NCBI RefSeq assembly: GCF_000017845.1
Contig: NC_010546.1
Location: forward strand, 1,320,001-1,352,000
Source: Crocosphaera subtropica ATCC 51142
GTDB lineage: Bacteria > Cyanobacteriota > Cyanobacteriia > Cyanobacteriales > Microcystaceae
Reading direction: 5' to 3'
Length of the DNA: 32,000 nt
The notes under the pieces were generated by a model. It was not told where the DNA came from. It did not search any database and saw only the letters and a program-made list of their open reading frames with translations. Made by a program: the position numbers and the translations under genes. This document shows positions 8,628-20,370 of this stretch, one piece after another; within the stretch, counting starts at the first letter, position 1; each line of letters begins with the position of its first letter.

Positions 8628-9875
8628 TTAATCATCAAAAGCATATAAATCTTTTTCTCTTCCCAAAGCAAAACTAAGAGATGTTTTAAAATTATAGTTT
8701 GATTGGCTAATAAATAAGAAAAAAGCTGCCAAAGCGAGACTACTATTAATCGTAAAAATGGTTTGATAACTTAAATCACTCCCTAAGCTTCCCACCACTG
8801 GACCAGCTAAGGCGATGCCAATATCAAAACCTCCTAAACAAACAGAATAAACTCGCCCTCTTTCATAGGAAGAAGAACGATCAGAAATCAAAGCAATAAT
8901 CATAGGAATTAAAGTTCCTGCCCCGATACCTTCAAAGATACCTGCCAATAATATTTGTTTACTCCCTGTCGCCTGGGTTAACAAGATCATCGATACGAAA
9001 TAGCACAAAAGGCTAACAGTTATCAGGGGACCACGACCATAACGATCAGAAGCAGGACCAGCAAAAACACGAGAGGAAAAACTACCAACGGCCGCCACCG
9101 TATAAAACAAACCGGCACTAAATCCTAAATTGTTTTCTTGTAAAAATAAAGGTAAAAAAGTGATTAACGTACCAAATAATAACCCAATCATCAACAAAAT
9201 TAAAGCAGGTATGACTAAAGAATGGCTACTGATCATCTGCTTAAAATTGCGAATTCTTCCTTTAGTTTCAGAGGTTGACTGATAATTAATCGGGGATGTA
9301 TCTTGGATAAAATTAACTAACAACAAGCCTAAAAAACCAAAACTAGCAGAAGCTATAAACAGGGCAGTATATCCCCAAAATTCTTGCAAAAACCCTCCCA
9401 AAGCAGGACCGATACTCATACCAATGGGAGTCACTAAACTCATATATCCGATTAATTCTCCCCGTTGTTTTATGGGAGATATATCCACAACTAAAGCACT
9501 ATAAGCTGTGGTAAAAGCAGCAATACTGATACCATGAACAGCCCGAACCCCGATTAAAGGAAAAACCGATTGAATTAATAAGTAACCAAGAGGAGCTAGT
9601 CCAGCGACAATAATACCAATACACAGCACCAATTTACGGCTTTTTGTATCCGCTAAATAACCCAATAAAGTGCGAGAACAAAGTAAACCAATGGCAAAAC
9701 TGCCCATGACTAAGCCAATTTGAGAACGGGTTCCCCCAAGGGATTTAATATAAGTGGGTAAGGTGGGCAATAGGGTCGTAATACTAATCCAAAATAATAG
9801 TCCTACCCCTAATAAAAACCCTAAACTACGTCTTTGTTCGGGATTCAAATTAGCATAAGTGTTTAAAATACTCAC
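8628..9875 (-). CDS. MFS transporter (12-TM type), GTG start
   Basis: 415 aa, hydrophobic throughout. An MFS loop 2-3 signature is present (GYLADTKSRKL), with a repeated half-structure. Confidence 0.8.
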   Translation of the reverse strand: MSILNTYANLNPEQRRSLGFLLGVGLLFWISITTLLPTLPTYIKSLGGTRSQIGLVMGSFAIGLLCSRTLLGYLADTKSRKLVLCIGIIVAGLAPLGYLLIQSVFPLIGVRAVHGISIAAFTTAYSALVVDISPIKQRGELIGYMSLVTPIGMSIGPALGGFLQEFWGYTALFIASASFGFLGLLLVNFIQDTSPINYQSTSETKGRIRNFKQMISSHSLVIPALILLMIGLLFGTLITFLPLFLQENNLGFSAGLFYTVAAVGSFSSRVFAGPASDRYGRGPLITVSLLCYFVSMILLTQATGSKQILLAGIFEGIGAGTLIPMIIALISDRSSSYERGRVYSVCLGGFDIGIALAGPVVGSLGSDLSYQTIFTINSSLALAAFFLFISQSNYNFKTSLSFALGREKDLYAFDD

Positions 9876-10069
9876 AGAGGCTGTCCAAGGTTTAATAATA
9901 GTGTTTTAGTGACTATTATAAAACAAACAATTTCTGAGCATGGACTTAATCGGCTACACAAAGAGGAAAAAGGAGCGAACAAGAAAAGGTGAATGCCCTT
10001 TTTTGGTAGTCAAATGTTCATAAAAATTTTAAACTAAATCATAGAAACGAACTATCTAGAGTCTTCACT

Positions 10070-10582
10070 ATGGATTATCTTATCGCTGTTGTTAGCGATC
10101 GCATTAAAGCAGAAGAAGCTTATACTGCCCTAGAAAAAGGCGGTGTCCCTACCAGTCAAATTAGTATCTTGGGTAAAGGCTACAAAAGTGCTGATGAATT
10201 TGGCTTCATCGATCCGGCACAACAGGCAAAAAAACGTGCTATGCTCATGGCTATCTGGCTGGTTCCCTTTGGCTTTGTCGCTGGCTATACCTTTGATTTA
10301 ATCACAGGAGTCAATAGTTTTGATTGGGCTGGGGAACCCTGGAATCATGTTTTAGGGGGTGTTGCCGGTGCTATTGCTGGTGCTATGGGTAGCATTTTTG
10401 TCGGCGGTGGGGTTGGCCTATCTGTGGGAAGTGGAGACGCTTTACCCTATCGAAATCGTCTTAATGCAGGAAAATATATTGTTGTGGTACAAGGCGCTAC
10501 TAACCTCAAAAATAAAGCAACCTCTATCCTTCGTCCCTTAAACCCTGAAAATTTACAAGGTTACACTAATTCTAATAGTTAA
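10070..10582 (+). CDS. Conserved hypothetical membrane protein with a glycine-zipper segment
   Basis: 170-aa ATG ORF with a soluble N-terminus, a TM segment (MLMAIWLVPFGFVAGY) and a Gly-rich zipper (GGVAGAIAGAMGSIFVGGGVGLSVGSG). Confidence 0.55.
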   Translation: MDYLIAVVSDRIKAEEAYTALEKGGVPTSQISILGKGYKSADEFGFIDPAQQAKKRAMLMAIWLVPFGFVAGYTFDLITGVNSFDWAGEPWNHVLGGVAGAIAGAMGSIFVGGGVGLSVGSGDALPYRNRLNAGKYIVVVQGATNLKNKATSILRPLNPENLQGYTNSNS

Positions 10583-10615
10583 TATAGTTAGTCTATAACG
10601 TACTGGTTGAGAGGA

Positions 10616-10636
10616 GGGAACAGGGAACGGGGAACA
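10616..10636. repeat. Three tandem heptamers GGGAAC(A/G), a short tandem repeat of the type common in cyanobacterial intergenic DNA
   Basis: gggaaca gggaacg gggaaca read directly in the 10583-10697 spacer. Confidence 0.6.
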
Positions 10637-10697
10637 AAAAATTTTCACAACGCATTTAAACTGGCTATATTTTATTCTCTTTTAATCGCACCAATAG

Positions 10698-11732
10698 ATG
10701 AAAGCTTTTCTTCATATAGGAACGGAAAAAACAGGTACGACAACAATACAAAGTTTTCTTGCTAAAAATCGTCAGAGTTTGCTAGATAAGGATTATCTAT
10801 ATCCTGAATCACCAGGAAAAACTAATCATTTTGGGTTAGCTATCTTTTCTTCCAACTCAAATAGATGTGCCAGTATTTATCAATTTTTGCAATTAGATAC
10901 TCTTGAAAAAGTTATTCAATTTAAAACAAAATTTCCCCACATACTAGCCCAAGAATTAACCTTATCCAATTGTAACAAGGTCATTTTTTCTAGTGAACAT
11001 TGTTCCTCTAGATTAATTGATGAACAAGATATAGAAAGACTAAAAAATGTACTGGACACTTTTTTTGACGATATCGAAGTTATTATTTATCTACGTCGTC
11101 AAGACAAATTTTTAGCTAGCAGCTATTCTACTGCTGTTCGTTCAGGACGCACTGAAAAGTTTAAAATTCCTTCAAAAACAACCATCGAAATTCGTTATAA
11201 TTACTATAATATACTTAATAAGTTTGCTAACGTTTTCGGAAAAAATAAGATAACAGTTAGAATTTTTGAATCGAGTCAAATGATAGAGGGTGATCTAATA
11301 CAAGATTTTATGAATATCATTGGTCTTAAAATGGATAATTCCTATCTTTCTGTCTCAAATCTTAATACTTCTCTCGATGTATATTCCTTAGAATATATTA
11401 GGCTTTTAAATAAAAATTTAAAGAAAATTATCAAAGACAATCCAGACAAATATATTAAAAAAATCATCAAAAGATTAGAAACTTATTCTTATCAATATCA
11501 AAACAAACAAAGCCTACTCTTATCAGAGAAAATGGCTAGAGAATTTATGTCACTTTTTGAAGAATCTAATCAAAAAGTAGCCAATCTCTATCTTAATCGA
11601 GCCGATGGTAAACTATTTAATAATGACTTTTCCAGGTTACCTCAGCAAGATATCTCTCCCATAACCATGAATCTAAAATTATTAGAAATTACTGCCTTTT
11701 TACTCAAAGATAAACTAATTCGTCGTTCATAA
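10698..11732 (+). CDS. Sulfotransferase-fold (P-loop-like) hypothetical protein, markedly AT-rich
   Basis: The N-terminal HIGTEKTGTTTIQ resembles the PAPS 5'-phosphosulfate-binding loop. YLRRQDKFLASSYS resembles the 3'-phosphate-binding motif. The gene has no HIP1 and visibly lower GC than its neighbours. Confidence 0.45.
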   Translation: MKAFLHIGTEKTGTTTIQSFLAKNRQSLLDKDYLYPESPGKTNHFGLAIFSSNSNRCASIYQFLQLDTLEKVIQFKTKFPHILAQELTLSNCNKVIFSSEHCSSRLIDEQDIERLKNVLDTFFDDIEVIIYLRRQDKFLASSYSTAVRSGRTEKFKIPSKTTIEIRYNYYNILNKFANVFGKNKITVRIFESSQMIEGDLIQDFMNIIGLKMDNSYLSVSNLNTSLDVYSLEYIRLLNKNLKKIIKDNPDKYIKKIIKRLETYSYQYQNKQSLLLSEKMAREFMSLFEESNQKVANLYLNRADGKLFNNDFSRLPQQDISPITMNLKLLEITAFLLKDKLIRRS

Positions 11733-11737
11733 ACCTT

Positions 11738-12517
11738 ATGCTACCTAGAGAAAAACTCCTGAAGGGGATCGAAAACCGCGAAGAAATGACCCGCATTATT
11801 GATCAAGCAGAAATAGCCATTAAAACTTGGGAAGTGGTGGTGAGTGATTTTTTCTCCCCTCCTGTGACTGCCGAAGTCGAAAAGGCCTTTAATCAGTTGA
11901 CGGAAATAGAAATTATGGTTTGGGGAGGATATCCCCAAGCTGAAAGACGAAGAATTGGGATAACACGTCCTGAAATCCCCTTAGAACAGTCCCAAATTCC
12001 CCTAGCAGCCCTAGATATTGCTGGAAACTTTCTTTTTGACCCGGCGAGTCATCGAGACTTCTTAGGGGCAATTTTAGCTACGGGTATTGTTCGAGACAAA
12101 ATTGGGGATATTATCGTTTTAGGAGAACGAGGCGGTCAGGTGATCGTGGTGCCTGAATTGGTAGAATTTCTCGAAACGAGCTTAACCCAAGTGCGATCGG
12201 TTCCAGTGAAGACCCAAAGAATTGAACTGAGTGAATTAAAAATACGACCCCCTAAAACCAAAGAAATGACCACCGTTGAAGCATCCATGCGCTTAGATGC
12301 GATCGCTTCTGCCGGGTTCGGTATGTCTCGCAGTAAGATGGTCGATGCCATTAATAAAGGGGATGTACGGGTTAATTGGAAGGAAATCACCCAAGCCAGT
12401 CACAATGTAGAATCTGGGGATTTGATCGCAGTACGAGGAAAGGGACGCTTAGAAATAGGAGAAGTAGCCATTACCAAAAAACAACGCTATCGTATCCAAT
12501 TAACCCGCTTACAGTAG
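11738..12517 (+). CDS. Photosystem II S4-domain protein (cyanobacterial/plastid family)
   Basis: 259 aa with a C-terminal S4 RNA-binding-like module (RLDAIASAGFGMSRSKMVDAINKGDVRVNWK). The N-terminal pattern (EVVVSDFFSPPV...GGYPQAERRR) matches the PSII S4 family as I recall it. Confidence 0.7.
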   Translation: MLPREKLLKGIENREEMTRIIDQAEIAIKTWEVVVSDFFSPPVTAEVEKAFNQLTEIEIMVWGGYPQAERRRIGITRPEIPLEQSQIPLAALDIAGNFLFDPASHRDFLGAILATGIVRDKIGDIIVLGERGGQVIVVPELVEFLETSLTQVRSVPVKTQRIELSELKIRPPKTKEMTTVEASMRLDAIASAGFGMSRSKMVDAINKGDVRVNWKEITQASHNVESGDLIAVRGKGRLEIGEVAITKKQRYRIQLTRLQ

Positions 12518-12525
12518 TCCCTCAT

Positions 12526-12930
12526 TCACGAAAGTGATAGCTGTCTTTTCCTTTTTTTCACTTGTTTACACAGTCTTAACTGGGTTTTTTGTTGATCCCA
12601 ATGAACTTGATCAAAAATTTCGTGCAGCAAACAAAACCCCCTGCCGTTTTCTGATTCGTCGGGGGGTAATGCTTCTAGGGAATGGTCTGGACAATTACAT
12701 TGAGAGGAAAACCCTTTACCTTGGTCTGATATAACCCATGAATAGCCGTCTTGAGTGATAGAAAATTGAACAACAATTGATTTGGTTGGGTCCAGTTGGT
12801 TTCCGTGTTTGGCTGCGTTTACCAGTGCTTCTTGTAGTCCTAGTCTTATTTCTGGTTGTAAATCATCAGGAATCTTGGCTAATAGTAAGTCAAGAACGGG
12901 ACATAAATAGAGCGTTGATGTGAAGCTCAT
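12526..12930 (-). CDS. Anti-sigma-factor-like serine kinase (HATPase_c, RsbW/SpoIIAB-like)
   Basis: N-box LQEALVNAAKHGN, G1 DQGKGF and G2-like NGRGFCLL are present. The ATG at 12930 is preferred over the GTG at 12975. Confidence 0.6.
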   Translation of the reverse strand: MSFTSTLYLCPVLDLLLAKIPDDLQPEIRLGLQEALVNAAKHGNQLDPTKSIVVQFSITQDGYSWVISDQGKGFSSQCNCPDHSLEALPPDESENGRGFCLLHEIFDQVHWDQQKTQLRLCKQVKKRKRQLSLS

Positions 12931-13207
12931 TGTACAACCGTATCGCTTGGTTGGCGGTAGGGAAATAGCAAGCACGTGCTGTCACCTCTAAGTTGAATTT
13001 TTTTTACGAGTATTCTATGGTTCTGGTTTTAGAAAGCTGTTATCCATAGGATTTAGACAACAGAACGATTGAATTAAGAAAATTTACTTTAGGCTATAAC
13101 ATGGTTTTAGTTGCTGTTATTTTACGGTTAACAGAATGGATAAAATTACAATTTTTTTAACGAACAATTAACATCATTAATTTAATAACTGAGTTTATTA
13201 TAACATA

Positions 13208-14575
13208 TTAGTCAAGATTATGTCGAATCAAAGCCACTGATTCTACATGAGGAGTTTGAGGAAAGAAATCAATGGGTTGTATCCACTCCAATGTATAAAG
13301 GTCTTGTTGGCATAACTTTTCTAAGTCACGGGCTAAAGTTGAAGGCTGACAACTAATATAAATTATTATGGGAGGGGAAATTTCTTTTAAGGTATGGATA
13401 ACGTTGCGATCGCAGCCTTTTCGGGGAGGATCAAGAACAATTATGTCGGGATCAAGATTAAGGAATGGTAAAATTTTTTCTACCGTTCCTTGATAAAATT
13501 TCACATTATTAATCCCATTCATGTCTGCATTATTTTTACCTTGTTCAATCGCATTTTTGTTACTCTCAATTCCCACTGCTTGAGCGACTTTTTTCGCTAA
13601 GGGTAAGGTAAATGTTCCTACACCACAATAAGCATCAACTAGGTTTTCTTTCCCTGTTAAACATAATTTGTCCAACAAGACTTTTAAGAGGATTTCTGCT
13701 GCTTCGGTATTAACCTGAAAGAATGTATCGGAACTTAATTGAAAATTGAGTTCACCAAAGGTTTCTGTTAAATAAAGACGACCAACAGAATTAAACGTTT
13801 CCTCACCAAAAATCTTGTTACCTTGATGGGGATTATAATTCACAGACACACCGACTAAGTCAGGGTAACGTTGCAGCCAACTTTCCGCTTGCTGTTGAAA
13901 ATGAGTCAGATTTTTGCTGGTACTAACTAGGGTTAATAAAATTTCCCCTGTTCTTTTGCCAATACGCAACCCCAAATGTCTTAGTTTCCCTGTCCCTGTT
14001 GTTTCGTTGTAAATACTCCAACCCTGTGCTTGTATATCCTGTTTGACTTGGGCCAAAATTGGATTAAGACGAGGATCTTGAATCGGACATTGATTGAGAT
14101 TGATAAGTTGATGGGTATTGCGTTGATAATAGCCGGCTTGAACATTGCCTGTGGTTGAACGTCTTAGGGGATAAGTGGCTTTGTTGCGATACCCTAAAAT
14201 TTCTGGGGATGATAAAATAGGCAAAACTGGGGGATTTTCAAACCCACCGAGGCGTTTTAATGCTTGAATCACTTGGTTTTCTTTTGCTGTCAATTGATAC
14301 TCAGCAGAAATATGTTGCCACTGACAGCCCCCACATTTATCGGCTACGATGCAATTAGGTCGAATACGATGGGGAGACGGTGAGATAATTTCTTGTAATT
14401 TTCCGTAAGCGTATTGTTTTTTGACATGGGTTAAACGAGATACAATGCGATCGCCTGTCACCGTATCGGGGACAAAAATGGCTTTTCCGTCTAATTTACC
14501 CACTCCGTCACCACTATGACTCAGATCGATAATATCTAATTCAACCAAATTTCCTTGTTGATAATCTTGATTCAT
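13208..14575 (-). CDS. rlmD: 23S rRNA (uracil-C5)-methyltransferase, RumA/RlmD type, with TRAM domain and Fe-S cysteines
   Basis: The N-terminal TRAM-like domain, the C....CGGCQWQH cluster, SAM motif DAYCGVGTF, DPPRKG and the catalytic-Cys region YISCQPSTLARD are all present. Confidence 0.85.
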   Translation of the reverse strand: MNQDYQQGNLVELDIIDLSHSGDGVGKLDGKAIFVPDTVTGDRIVSRLTHVKKQYAYGKLQEIISPSPHRIRPNCIVADKCGGCQWQHISAEYQLTAKENQVIQALKRLGGFENPPVLPILSSPEILGYRNKATYPLRRSTTGNVQAGYYQRNTHQLINLNQCPIQDPRLNPILAQVKQDIQAQGWSIYNETTGTGKLRHLGLRIGKRTGEILLTLVSTSKNLTHFQQQAESWLQRYPDLVGVSVNYNPHQGNKIFGEETFNSVGRLYLTETFGELNFQLSSDTFFQVNTEAAEILLKVLLDKLCLTGKENLVDAYCGVGTFTLPLAKKVAQAVGIESNKNAIEQGKNNADMNGINNVKFYQGTVEKILPFLNLDPDIIVLDPPRKGCDRNVIHTLKEISPPIIIYISCQPSTLARDLEKLCQQDLYTLEWIQPIDFFPQTPHVESVALIRHNLD

Positions 14576-14605
14576 AATTTTTCTCCTGCGCTCCCTGCTG
14601 CCTTG

Positions 14606-14911
14606 CTAATCTAAGGGAATCTCTTGCCAGTCGGCACAAAAGTTATCCCAACAGAGAATTCCTTCTTTTTCAGGAAACCAGTCAGTTATTTTTACAGGAG
14701 TCCATTGTTGAGTGAGATGACTCCAAAGTTCAATCCCTGCCCCTAAGTTGCGGTAATGATACAATTCTCCACTGAGGGTGACAATTTTCCAGTCTAGTCC
14801 ATTGTCTGGATGTTCATACTGTAAGGTAACGGTACAATTTTGAGCGTTAACCAATTCATTCCCCTGACGCTGATAACAAGTTGTTTGATAAACGTTTTCT
14901 GCGGTTAACAT
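14606..14911 (-). CDS. Conserved hypothetical protein (101 aa)
   Basis: ATG ORF tightly packed between trpE and rlmD on the same strand. I recognise no motif. Confidence 0.45.
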   Translation of the reverse strand: MLTAENVYQTTCYQRQGNELVNAQNCTVTLQYEHPDNGLDWKIVTLSGELYHYRNLGAGIELWSHLTQQWTPVKITDWFPEKEGILCWDNFCADWQEIPLD

Positions 14912-14965
14912 TTTTATCCATCACCCTTAAACAAGCTGAACCGATCAAGGCTCATTAATATTATT

Positions 14966-16489
14966 TTAACTTAAGGAACGAATCGCCTCTAATAAACCCC
15001 TGGCTTTATTCATGGTTTCCTCATATTCCGTTTCTGGGTCTGAGTCGGCCACTAAACCGGCTCCTGCTTGCACACAGACGAGATGTTGACCACTGCCGAG
15101 GGGACGAACCACCATTGTCCGGATGGCGATCGCTGTATTTAACTGTCCTTCAAAATCATAATAGCCGTACACCCCAGAATAAGGACCTCTGCGTTCTGGT
15201 TCTAATTCGTTAATAATTTCCATGGCTCGAATTTTGGGCGCACCACTAACCGTTCCGGCGGGAAAACAGGCTTTAAATAAGTCCCAAGGGGTTTTATTGT
15301 CCGCTAATTTTCCAATGACATTACTCACAATGTGCATCACATGGGAATAGCGTTCGATGACCATTAATTCATTCACGGTGACACTGCCTTCACAACAGGC
15401 CCGGCCGAGATCGTTGCGGCCTAAGTCTACTAACATGACGTGTTCAGCAATTTCCTTGGGATCTTGTAATAAGTCTTCTGCTAAGGCTTGATCTTCGGTA
15501 GGGGTTTGACCCCGTTTTCTCGTTCCTGCAATGGGTCTTAAAATAGCGGTTAAGGATTCATCTTCTTGGCGTTCGGCTTTGACCATTACCTCTGGACTGG
15601 AGCCAATAATCTGCCAATCTCCAAAATTATAATAGGCCATGTAAGGGGAAGGATTAATCAACCGTAGGGAACGATAGAGGTTAAAAGGATCATCCTCGTA
15701 ATGGGCTTGTAAGCGTTGAGACAGCACCACTTGAAAAATATCCCCTGCACGGATGTATTCTTTGGCCTGACGCACATTTTCGCAGAACTGAGCGCGTTCT
15801 GTGTTGCTAGTGTAATTTAAGGGTTGGGTTTCTTCTGAGTTAGGGTTTAATTCTAAGGTCTTGCCTTGAATGGGTAAGGGTAATTGTAGCTTTAAGACCA
15901 ATTTAGTGACGCGATCGCAAGCTTGTTGATAGGCTTGTTCTAGACTAATATTTTTATCTCTGAGATCAGCATAGGCGATCGCCCAAATTTTTCGTTTTAC
16001 CTGATCAAAAATAATCAGATGATCCACTTGCATCCAAACCCCATCCGGGAGATCATCGTCAGTGATAGGATAAATGGGGACTCTTGGCTCGATCCAGTTA
16101 ATTAGTTCATAGCCCCAAAACCCGAATAAACCGCCGATACCTGAAGGGAGTTGGGGTAAGGTAACTGGTTTAATGGAGGCTAAACAGTCGGTCAAAATAT
16201 CAAACGGGTTTCCCTCAAAGGTTTTAACCCGACCATCTCGATAGGTTTGGGTTGTGATGTTTCCCCTAGCGGATAAAATCCATACCGGATCACAGCCTAA
16301 AAAGCTGTAACGGCCTAAATTTTCCCCTCCTTCTACCGATTCTAAGAGGAAACTATAGGGGCGATCGCCACAAACTTTATACCAAGAGGAAACTGGGGTT
16401 TCGAGATCCGCTACCCATTCCTGATACACTGGAACAAAATTACCCTGTTGCGCCAATACGGAAAACTGCTCAAAGTCGGGAAACATCAT
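14966..16489 (-). CDS. trpE: Anthranilate synthase component I
   Basis: The LLESVEGGE Trp-feedback motif, PSPYMAYY, GAPKIRAMEII and a chorismate-binding C-terminal domain are present. 507 aa. Confidence 0.9.
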   Translation of the reverse strand: MMFPDFEQFSVLAQQGNFVPVYQEWVADLETPVSSWYKVCGDRPYSFLLESVEGGENLGRYSFLGCDPVWILSARGNITTQTYRDGRVKTFEGNPFDILTDCLASIKPVTLPQLPSGIGGLFGFWGYELINWIEPRVPIYPITDDDLPDGVWMQVDHLIIFDQVKRKIWAIAYADLRDKNISLEQAYQQACDRVTKLVLKLQLPLPIQGKTLELNPNSEETQPLNYTSNTERAQFCENVRQAKEYIRAGDIFQVVLSQRLQAHYEDDPFNLYRSLRLINPSPYMAYYNFGDWQIIGSSPEVMVKAERQEDESLTAILRPIAGTRKRGQTPTEDQALAEDLLQDPKEIAEHVMLVDLGRNDLGRACCEGSVTVNELMVIERYSHVMHIVSNVIGKLADNKTPWDLFKACFPAGTVSGAPKIRAMEIINELEPERRGPYSGVYGYYDFEGQLNTAIAIRTMVVRPLGSGQHLVCVQAGAGLVADSDPETEYEETMNKARGLLEAIRSLS

Positions 16490-16686
16490 AATTTAGGTAA
16501 AAATGAGCCGTGGCCAGTTACCAATCATCAGATCATCAATGATTATCAGATTATTGTACCGATAATTGGTCACTGATGCAGAAAATGGGTGTCTGGCCAC
16601 TGTTCGGTTATAGTAGGGATTAGGGAATCGTCATAAGGGTTAAAAAATAATGCCTTTGTTTGCCCTAACCCCCAACTTCTCGACAA

Positions 16687-17115
16687 TTAAACGTCGTAAG
16701 GAGCATTACCAGAGAATTTCAGGGTAACAGGCTCAGGGTTATCCCCAATTTTTCTGTCTATCTTACCGTTGTAATCACGGCCTTCGTTAACTTTTTCGGG
16801 GAACACACCATCTGCAGGGTGAAGATATTGAATTTCACCACTGGGATAGATGCGATAGATTTTATAATCTTGAATTTTGGGTTTGAACTTTGTCCGTAAC
16901 TGGGTTCCCAGAGCCAGACATTGTTCTTTACGAGACAAATAGAGGAGATTTTCTCCTTCATTCATAATGGCAGCCCCACCTGTGGGCATTTCAAAGACTT
17001 GCTCTGTTTTGCTAGTCCAGGTGATGGCGTATTTTTCTTCCCGTTCGGCTTTCGAGAGTAAACCGCCGGTGCTGCCACCGAATTTCGGAAGCTTTCCTTT
17101 AAGCTCTTCTGCCAT
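16687..17115 (-). CDS. psaD: Photosystem I subunit II (PsaD)
   Basis: [20 protein letters not shown]...YAITWTS...[28 protein letters not shown]...[29 protein letters not shown] is unmistakably PsaD. The ATG at 17115 is preferred over the upstream extension to 17163. Confidence 0.93.
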   Translation of the reverse strand: MAEELKGKLPKFGGSTGGLLSKAEREEKYAITWTSKTEQVFEMPTGGAAIMNEGENLLYLSRKEQCLALGTQLRTKFKPKIQDYKIYRIYPSGEIQYLHPADGVFPEKVNEGRDYNGKIDRKIGDNPEPVTLKFSGNAPYDV

Positions 17116-17287
17116 GATGTTTTTATTTCCCTCAAAAAAAGGTGTTTTAGGGAATGGTATCACTCAGTTCTACTTTGTTACCTAAATTAGTAAAGAACTG
17201 TAACAATTGCTCCTTACCATCCACTGAGGAGTGACCGATTCATTCATTTTAATTATTAACAATTGAAACCTTGTTACTTCTTGTCCT

Positions 17288-17731
17288 TCACTCTATAGGA
17301 TAGAGGGAAGCCCCTGGCCGTTGTTGTCCCCATTGCATCAGTTGGTCTAAGACAGAACGAGGAACACCCGAACGACGAGAAGCACCGTTGAGTCCGGCTC
17401 CTCGCCGCAACAAGTTAATAGCAGTTTGTACTTTACGGTACATTCTTGTTCCGTATCGAATCTCTTGTTTATCGTGGGCTACCACTAATCCATAGGCGAT
17501 ATCATTAGCAATTTGAATAGATATCTCTTGAGCTAGTCTCCTTTTGGTTTCCATCACAGAAGGAGATTGATTGATATTTCGTGTCTTGTGATAAGGAACT
17601 TCTAGAAGACTCTGTCCGTCCTGTATTTTATCTACTTGAGGGAATAAAGTAGGGGTTTGAAATCCTAATGCTACGTCTATCAAGCTGCTTACTATCGAAC
17701 TACTTAATAAAAGACAGGTTATATATTTCAT
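17288..17731 (-). CDS. Hypothetical secreted protein (147 aa) with an N-terminal signal peptide
   Basis: The hydrophobic N-terminus MKYITCLLLSSSIVSSLIDVALG is followed by a polar body. The C-terminus (SRRSGVPRSVLDQLMQWG) looks helix-turn-helix-like. Confidence 0.45.
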   Translation of the reverse strand: MKYITCLLLSSSIVSSLIDVALGFQTPTLFPQVDKIQDGQSLLEVPYHKTRNINQSPSVMETKRRLAQEISIQIANDIAYGLVVAHDKQEIRYGTRMYRKVQTAINLLRRGAGLNGASRRSGVPRSVLDQLMQWGQQRPGASLYPIE

Positions 17732-18119
17732 AGATCAATTGTACCCAATACAAAAGTTGGGCTGCGTGTGTTTGGCAGAACTAAGTTTGTTGCTTAATGT
17801 AGCAAATATCTAGAGTTCGAGCCAAAAATTTTTTTGTAGAAGTTAAAGAATCTTTTGGGTTTAAACAAAAAGGAATTTAGCAGAAAAAAATTGTCAAATA
17901 TCTTGATAATAAAAACTTGAGTTTGACTGATTAGTGTTTGAATACGAATAGTGGTGATAAAGAAGGTTTATTCTGAGAAAATTCCCCAACTCTTAAGTCT
18001 CAAAAATAACAAAGATTAAGCCCTTTCCCCTCGGCTTCTTTGTCGTCTAAACCCATCACTTTCTAAACACCTCAAATTAACACGGTAATAAAGTTCGGGA
18101 ACCCGTACCCAGACAACTG

Positions 18120-18148
18120 TTGCCATAGTCACCCTTATTTCGTTAAAT
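18120..18148 (+). promoter_or_regulatory. Sigma-70-type promoter of groESL (-35 TTGCCA, 17-nt spacer, -10 TTAAAT)
   Basis: Read directly: ttgcca (18120-18125), 17 nt, ttaaat (18143-18148). The -10 box abuts the CIRCE operator, as in described CIRCE-controlled groE promoters. Confidence 0.45.
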
Positions 18149-18174
18149 TAGCACTCGGAAGGTGAGAGTGCTAA
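18148..18174 (+). promoter_or_regulatory. CIRCE operator (HrcA binding site), a perfect match to the consensus
   Basis: TTAGCACTC-ggaaggtga-GAGTGCTAA equals the consensus TTAGCACTC-N9-GAGTGCTAA. It lies 53 nt upstream of the groES ATG. Confidence 0.9.
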
Positions 18175-18226
18175 ACGATTTAAAAAAAGCCCTCGATCCC
18201 ATTATAAACATCAGGAGGATTCGTCC

Positions 18227-18538
18227 ATGGCAGCAATTAGTATCAACGTCTCTACCGTTAAACCCCTCGGCGATCGCATTTTTGTTAAAGTCAGCCCTGC
18301 CGAAGAAAAAACCGCAGGTGGTATCTTACTTCCTGACAACGCTCAAGAAAAGCCCCAAATTGGCGAAGTTGTAGCCGTTGGTCCTGGAAAGCGTAACGAC
18401 GATGGCAGTCGTTCTGAATTAGATGTCAAAGTTGGAGATAAAGTTCTTTACTCCAAATATGCGGGTACTGATGTCAAACTCTCTGGAGAAGACTATGTAC
18501 TCCTATCCGAAAAAGACATCTTAGCCTCCGTTGCTTAA
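18227..18538 (+). CDS. groES: Co-chaperonin GroES
   Basis: 103 aa ([12 protein letters not shown]...[11 protein letters not shown]....[12 protein letters not shown]). SD aggagga is 8 nt upstream. Confidence 0.97.
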   Translation: MAAISINVSTVKPLGDRIFVKVSPAEEKTAGGILLPDNAQEKPQIGEVVAVGPGKRNDDGSRSELDVKVGDKVLYSKYAGTDVKLSGEDYVLLSEKDILASVA

Positions 18539-18610
18539 ATATCTAATTAAGCAAATCTTTATCGACTTTCTTTATTTATCCCTTTCAGAATCAATCAAAC
18601 AGAGGCATAA

Positions 18611-20236
<1,626 letters not shown>

Positions 20237-20266
20237 ATTATCGAGTCATCTAAACTAAGTTATAAG

Positions 20267-20295
20267 CCCTGTCCTAATAAGGATGGGGTTTTTTT
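20267..20295 (+). terminator. Rho-independent terminator of groESL
   Basis: ccctgtcc-taataa-ggatgggg forms an 8-bp stem including two G-U pairs and is followed by a T7 run. It starts 31 nt after the groEL stop. Confidence 0.6.
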
Positions 20296-20370
20296 ACAGT
20301 CTGTAAGTTATACCAATTCTCAAAAGTTACTAGAGACTTAATTAATATTCTTTTTGCCTTATCTCCCTTA

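Noticed and set aside
17116-17163. 16-codon extension of psaD, plus the overlapping ORFs 16758-16961 and 16967-17185
   Set aside because: PsaD homology begins at MAEELKG. The others are alternative or antisense frames of psaD.
17186-17215. NtcA-like site GTAaagaactgTAA upstream of psaD
   Set aside because: The second half-site is TAA rather than TAC, and no properly spaced -10 box was evident.
17740-17830. tRNA-like GTTCGAGCC T-loop string near 17811-17822
   Set aside because: The flanking bases cannot form a T-stem (tagag against caaaa), and no acceptor or anticodon arms can be drawn.
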